Shown piece after piece: positions 27,417 to 29,485 of a DNA stretch of 29,485 bases (position 1 is its first letter; each line of letters begins with the position of its first letter). A model generated the notes under the pieces. The model was not told the DNA's origin and did no database searches. It worked only from the letters and a program-made list of their open reading frames with translations. The stretch covers positions 1 through 29,485 of the forward strand of contig JAYEOM010000134.1 in NCBI GenBank assembly GCA_034722955.1, given 5' to 3'. The translations under genes were made by a program, and so were the position numbers. This stretch comes from Campylobacterota bacterium (GTDB lineage: Bacteria > Campylobacterota > Campylobacteria > Campylobacterales > Sulfurovaceae).

Positions 27417-27438
27417 TTGTAGTTGTTACCTGACCCCT
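27387..27438. repeat. 52-bp perfect spacerless palindrome (REP doublet-like)
   Basis: AGGGGTCAGGTAACAACTACAACTAA|TTAGTTGTAGTTGTTACCTGACCCCT. Confidence 0.95.
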
Positions 27439-27480
27439 ACTGAGTAATATGCTTTTATGCCAAAAGCTATGGTATTTTAT

Positions 27481-27828
27481 CTATAGTTCATCAATAAGTT
27501 TTTGAATATTATCTTTTAGAGGTAGTAGATGAAACTGAATAATACTCCAAATCTCATCTGCATCAATTCCAAAGTAGTCATGGGTGATAATATTTCTAAA
27601 GTCTTTGATCTGTTGCCAAGGGATATTGTCGTGAGTTGCTTTATACTCATCATTCAAGCGAGATATAAGCTCACCTATAACCACAAACTGCATCATAGAA
27701 GCATCAAAACTTTTGGTATCATAATAAAAATTCTCACCATTATCAAATTCAAGAGAGTAGGTCTCTATCTTATCAATTGCTTCCATAAAAGCAAGTAGAT
27801 TATATCTGATTTTTGAAATATTAGACAT
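27481..27828 (-). CDS. HepT-like HEPN RNase toxin (DUF86)
   Basis: IGE...IPWQQIKDFRNIITHDYFGID with an RX4HXY motif. Confidence 0.92.
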   Translation of the reverse strand: MSNISKIRYNLLAFMEAIDKIETYSLEFDNGENFYYDTKSFDASMMQFVVIGELISRLNDEYKATHDNIPWQQIKDFRNIITHDYFGIDADEIWSIIQFHLLPLKDNIQKLIDEL

Positions 27829-28120
27829 AGATGGCGTCTTGTAGTATCTGCTCTTTTATATAGGGCTTGAGATACTTTTCTCTAGCCAAATCCACAGATT
27901 TATTAAAAGTTTGGGAGAGATATTTTTTTAGTTCTATCTTGAGGGTATATATGTCAGCTACATTATCTTGAAAATCAAAGATAATATCTATATCACTATC
28001 TTTTGTTGCTTCATCACGAGAAAATGAACCAAAAAGACCTATTTTACTAAGATGAAACTTTGATAATAGTTCGTTTTTATTTTCACTTAAAAAGCTAAGT
28101 ATCTCTTCTTTTGTATTCAT
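27821..28120 (-). CDS. MntA-like minimal nucleotidyltransferase antitoxin
   Basis: GLFGSFSRDEATKDSDIDI (GS-X10-DxD), VDL; overlaps the HEPN gene by 8 nt. Confidence 0.92.
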   Translation of the reverse strand: MNTKEEILSFLSENKNELLSKFHLSKIGLFGSFSRDEATKDSDIDIIFDFQDNVADIYTLKIELKKYLSQTFNKSVDLAREKYLKPYIKEQILQDAIYV

Positions 28121-28400
28121 ACTTTAATTCTATCGTAAGAATATTTGAATTTGCTTATTTAGTTTAGGTTAAGAAGAGGTTCATTAGTAGATGATTGCTA
28201 ATCTATTGGGTATAATACAGTAGGTTGTATTTTGTGTGATAAAACAGTATGTAATGATGTTGCTATCTCGTATAGAGAAACTATGCTAAGATAGATAAAC
28301 ATGAGGTATGCAATGGAGTTCTTACAAAACTCATCAGAAACGATGGCTTTAGCACTACTTCCGAGTTTTGCAAGATATGGGATAAAAGGTAAATAGAGCT

Positions 28401-29485
28401 ATGGAAAAATTTTTTAATACAGCAGGACCGATGAAGAGGGATATGAACTACTATATCTCCTCTTTTGATAGATTTAATTATGATGATATAGAGAATTTAA
28501 TTCATAAAGAGAGGTATTTTGTTCTCCACGCCCCAAGGCAAACAGGAAAAACTTCTGCACTTTTCGAGATGATGGAGCGAATCAACAGTGAGGGTAGATA
28601 TGATTGTCTCTATGCCAATATCGAATCGGCACAAGCCTCCCGTTCGGATGTCACTCGTGGGATCAGAACTATCTGTGAATCTATTGCAAGTGCAGCATTT
28701 ATATATCTCAAAAATGATACTCTTAAAAAATGGGTTTTGGAGTATAAACACAAGGTTGAAGCTGAAAAACTACTATTTGAACTGCTTCAATATTGGACTA
28801 TCAACAACCCAAAACCCATCGTTCTTTTTATCGATGAAGTAGATGCTTTGGTAGGGGATACTTTGATATCGCTTCTACGACAGATACGAACAGGTTACAA
28901 CCAAAGACCCAATGCTTTCCCCCAATCCATAGTCTTGTGTGGTGTTAGAGATGTGCGAGATTATCGAATCCATACCAAAGATAATGAGATTATCACAGGT
29001 GGGAGTGCATTTAATATCAAAGCCAAATCGCTAACGCTAGATAATTTCACCTACGATGAGTCAAAAAAACTACTACTTCAACACACTATAGAGACAGGAC
29101 AAAAGTTTGAAGAGAAGATATTTGATAAGTTATGGTCTGACACCAAAGGACAGCCGTGGTTGGTCAATGCTTTGGCTAGTGAGATGACTTGGGAGAACAA
29201 AACACTCAGAAATGATAGAGCAAGAGTGATAATGCTAGAGGATTACAAAGCGGCGAGAGAGGTTTTGATACACTCTCGTGCAACCCACCTCGACCAGCTC
29301 ATAGATAAACTACAAGAGCCGAGAGTCAAAAGGGTTATCATACCTATTTTGGCAAACAAAAGCTCTGAAGAGTCCGATTTTAGCGATAGAGATTTAGAGT
29401 ATGTTAGTGATTTGGGTTTGATCACACGAAGACCATCTGTTGCTATCTCCAATGATATCTACAGAGAGAGCATTCCACGAGAACT
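28401..29485 (+). CDS. AAA-like P-loop ATPase (AAA_35-like), partial, runs off the window
   Basis: Open frame from ATG 28401: MEKFFNTAGP, Walker A HAPRQTGKTS, Walker B VLFIDEVD, GGSAFNIK, GQPWLVNAL, THLDQL. Confidence 0.9.
   Translation, partial: MEKFFNTAGPMKRDMNYYISSFDRFNYDDIENLIHKERYFVLHAPRQTGKTSALFEMMERINSEGRYDCLYANIESAQASRSDVTRGIRTICESIASAAFIYLKNDTLKKWVLEYKHKVEAEKLLFELLQYWTINNPKPIVLFIDEVDALVGDTLISLLRQIRTGYNQRPNAFPQSIVLCGVRDVRDYRIHTKDNEIITGGSAFNIKAKSLTLDNFTYDESKKLLLQHTIETGQKFEEKIFDKLWSDTKGQPWLVNALASEMTWENKTLRNDRARVIMLEDYKAAREVLIHSRATHLDQLIDKLQEPRVKRVIIPILANKSSEESDFSDRDLEYVSDLGLITRRPSVAISNDIYRESIPRE

Noticed and set aside
28301..28396. 31-aa ORF (MRYAMEFLQNSS...) upstream of the ATPase
   Set aside because: No recognisable motif; cannot be supported
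28497..29452. Short ORFs 28497-28751, 28588-28842 and 29243-29452; suspected frameshift in the ATPase
   Set aside because: The frame from ATG 28401 is open to the window end, so these are shadow ORFs

Overview
Chromosomal window from a Campylobacterota bacterium (Sulfurovum/Sulfurimonas-like, judged from RpoB/RpoC/EF-Tu sequence style and unfused rpoB and rpoC). The core (3760-21277, minus strand) is the conserved translation/transcription superoperon: tRNA-Thr/Tyr/Gly/Thr, tuf, rpmG, tRNA-Trp, secE, nusG, rplKAJL, rpoBC, rpsLG, fusA. Two mosaic accessory regions flank it. The left region (1-3700, after tRNA-Ser) holds a secreted tandem PilJ/NarX-like protein with a Crp/Fnr-type box at -41.5, REP-like hairpins, two decayed REP-associated tyrosine transposase (RAYT) genes, hicA plus a truncated hicB, an ~80-bp MITE-like family with TAA/TTA target duplications, and gene fragments. 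The right region (21450-29485) holds an orphan T6SS baseplate block (tssE'-tssF-tssG), a Uma2 nuclease, a clipped type II FAS/PKS-like cluster (KAS fragment, SDR, nitroreductase, long ACP, truncated SDR), a HepT/MntA toxin-antitoxin pair and an AAA ATPase running off the window. The most notable pattern is a recurring GGGGTCAGGT-like motif that sits 4-10 nt downstream of the apparent break points of four different truncated genes. This suggests a RAYT/REP-driven gene clipping and shuffling process, or else repeat-induced misassembly. All family assignments are by eye from motifs; no database searches were run.
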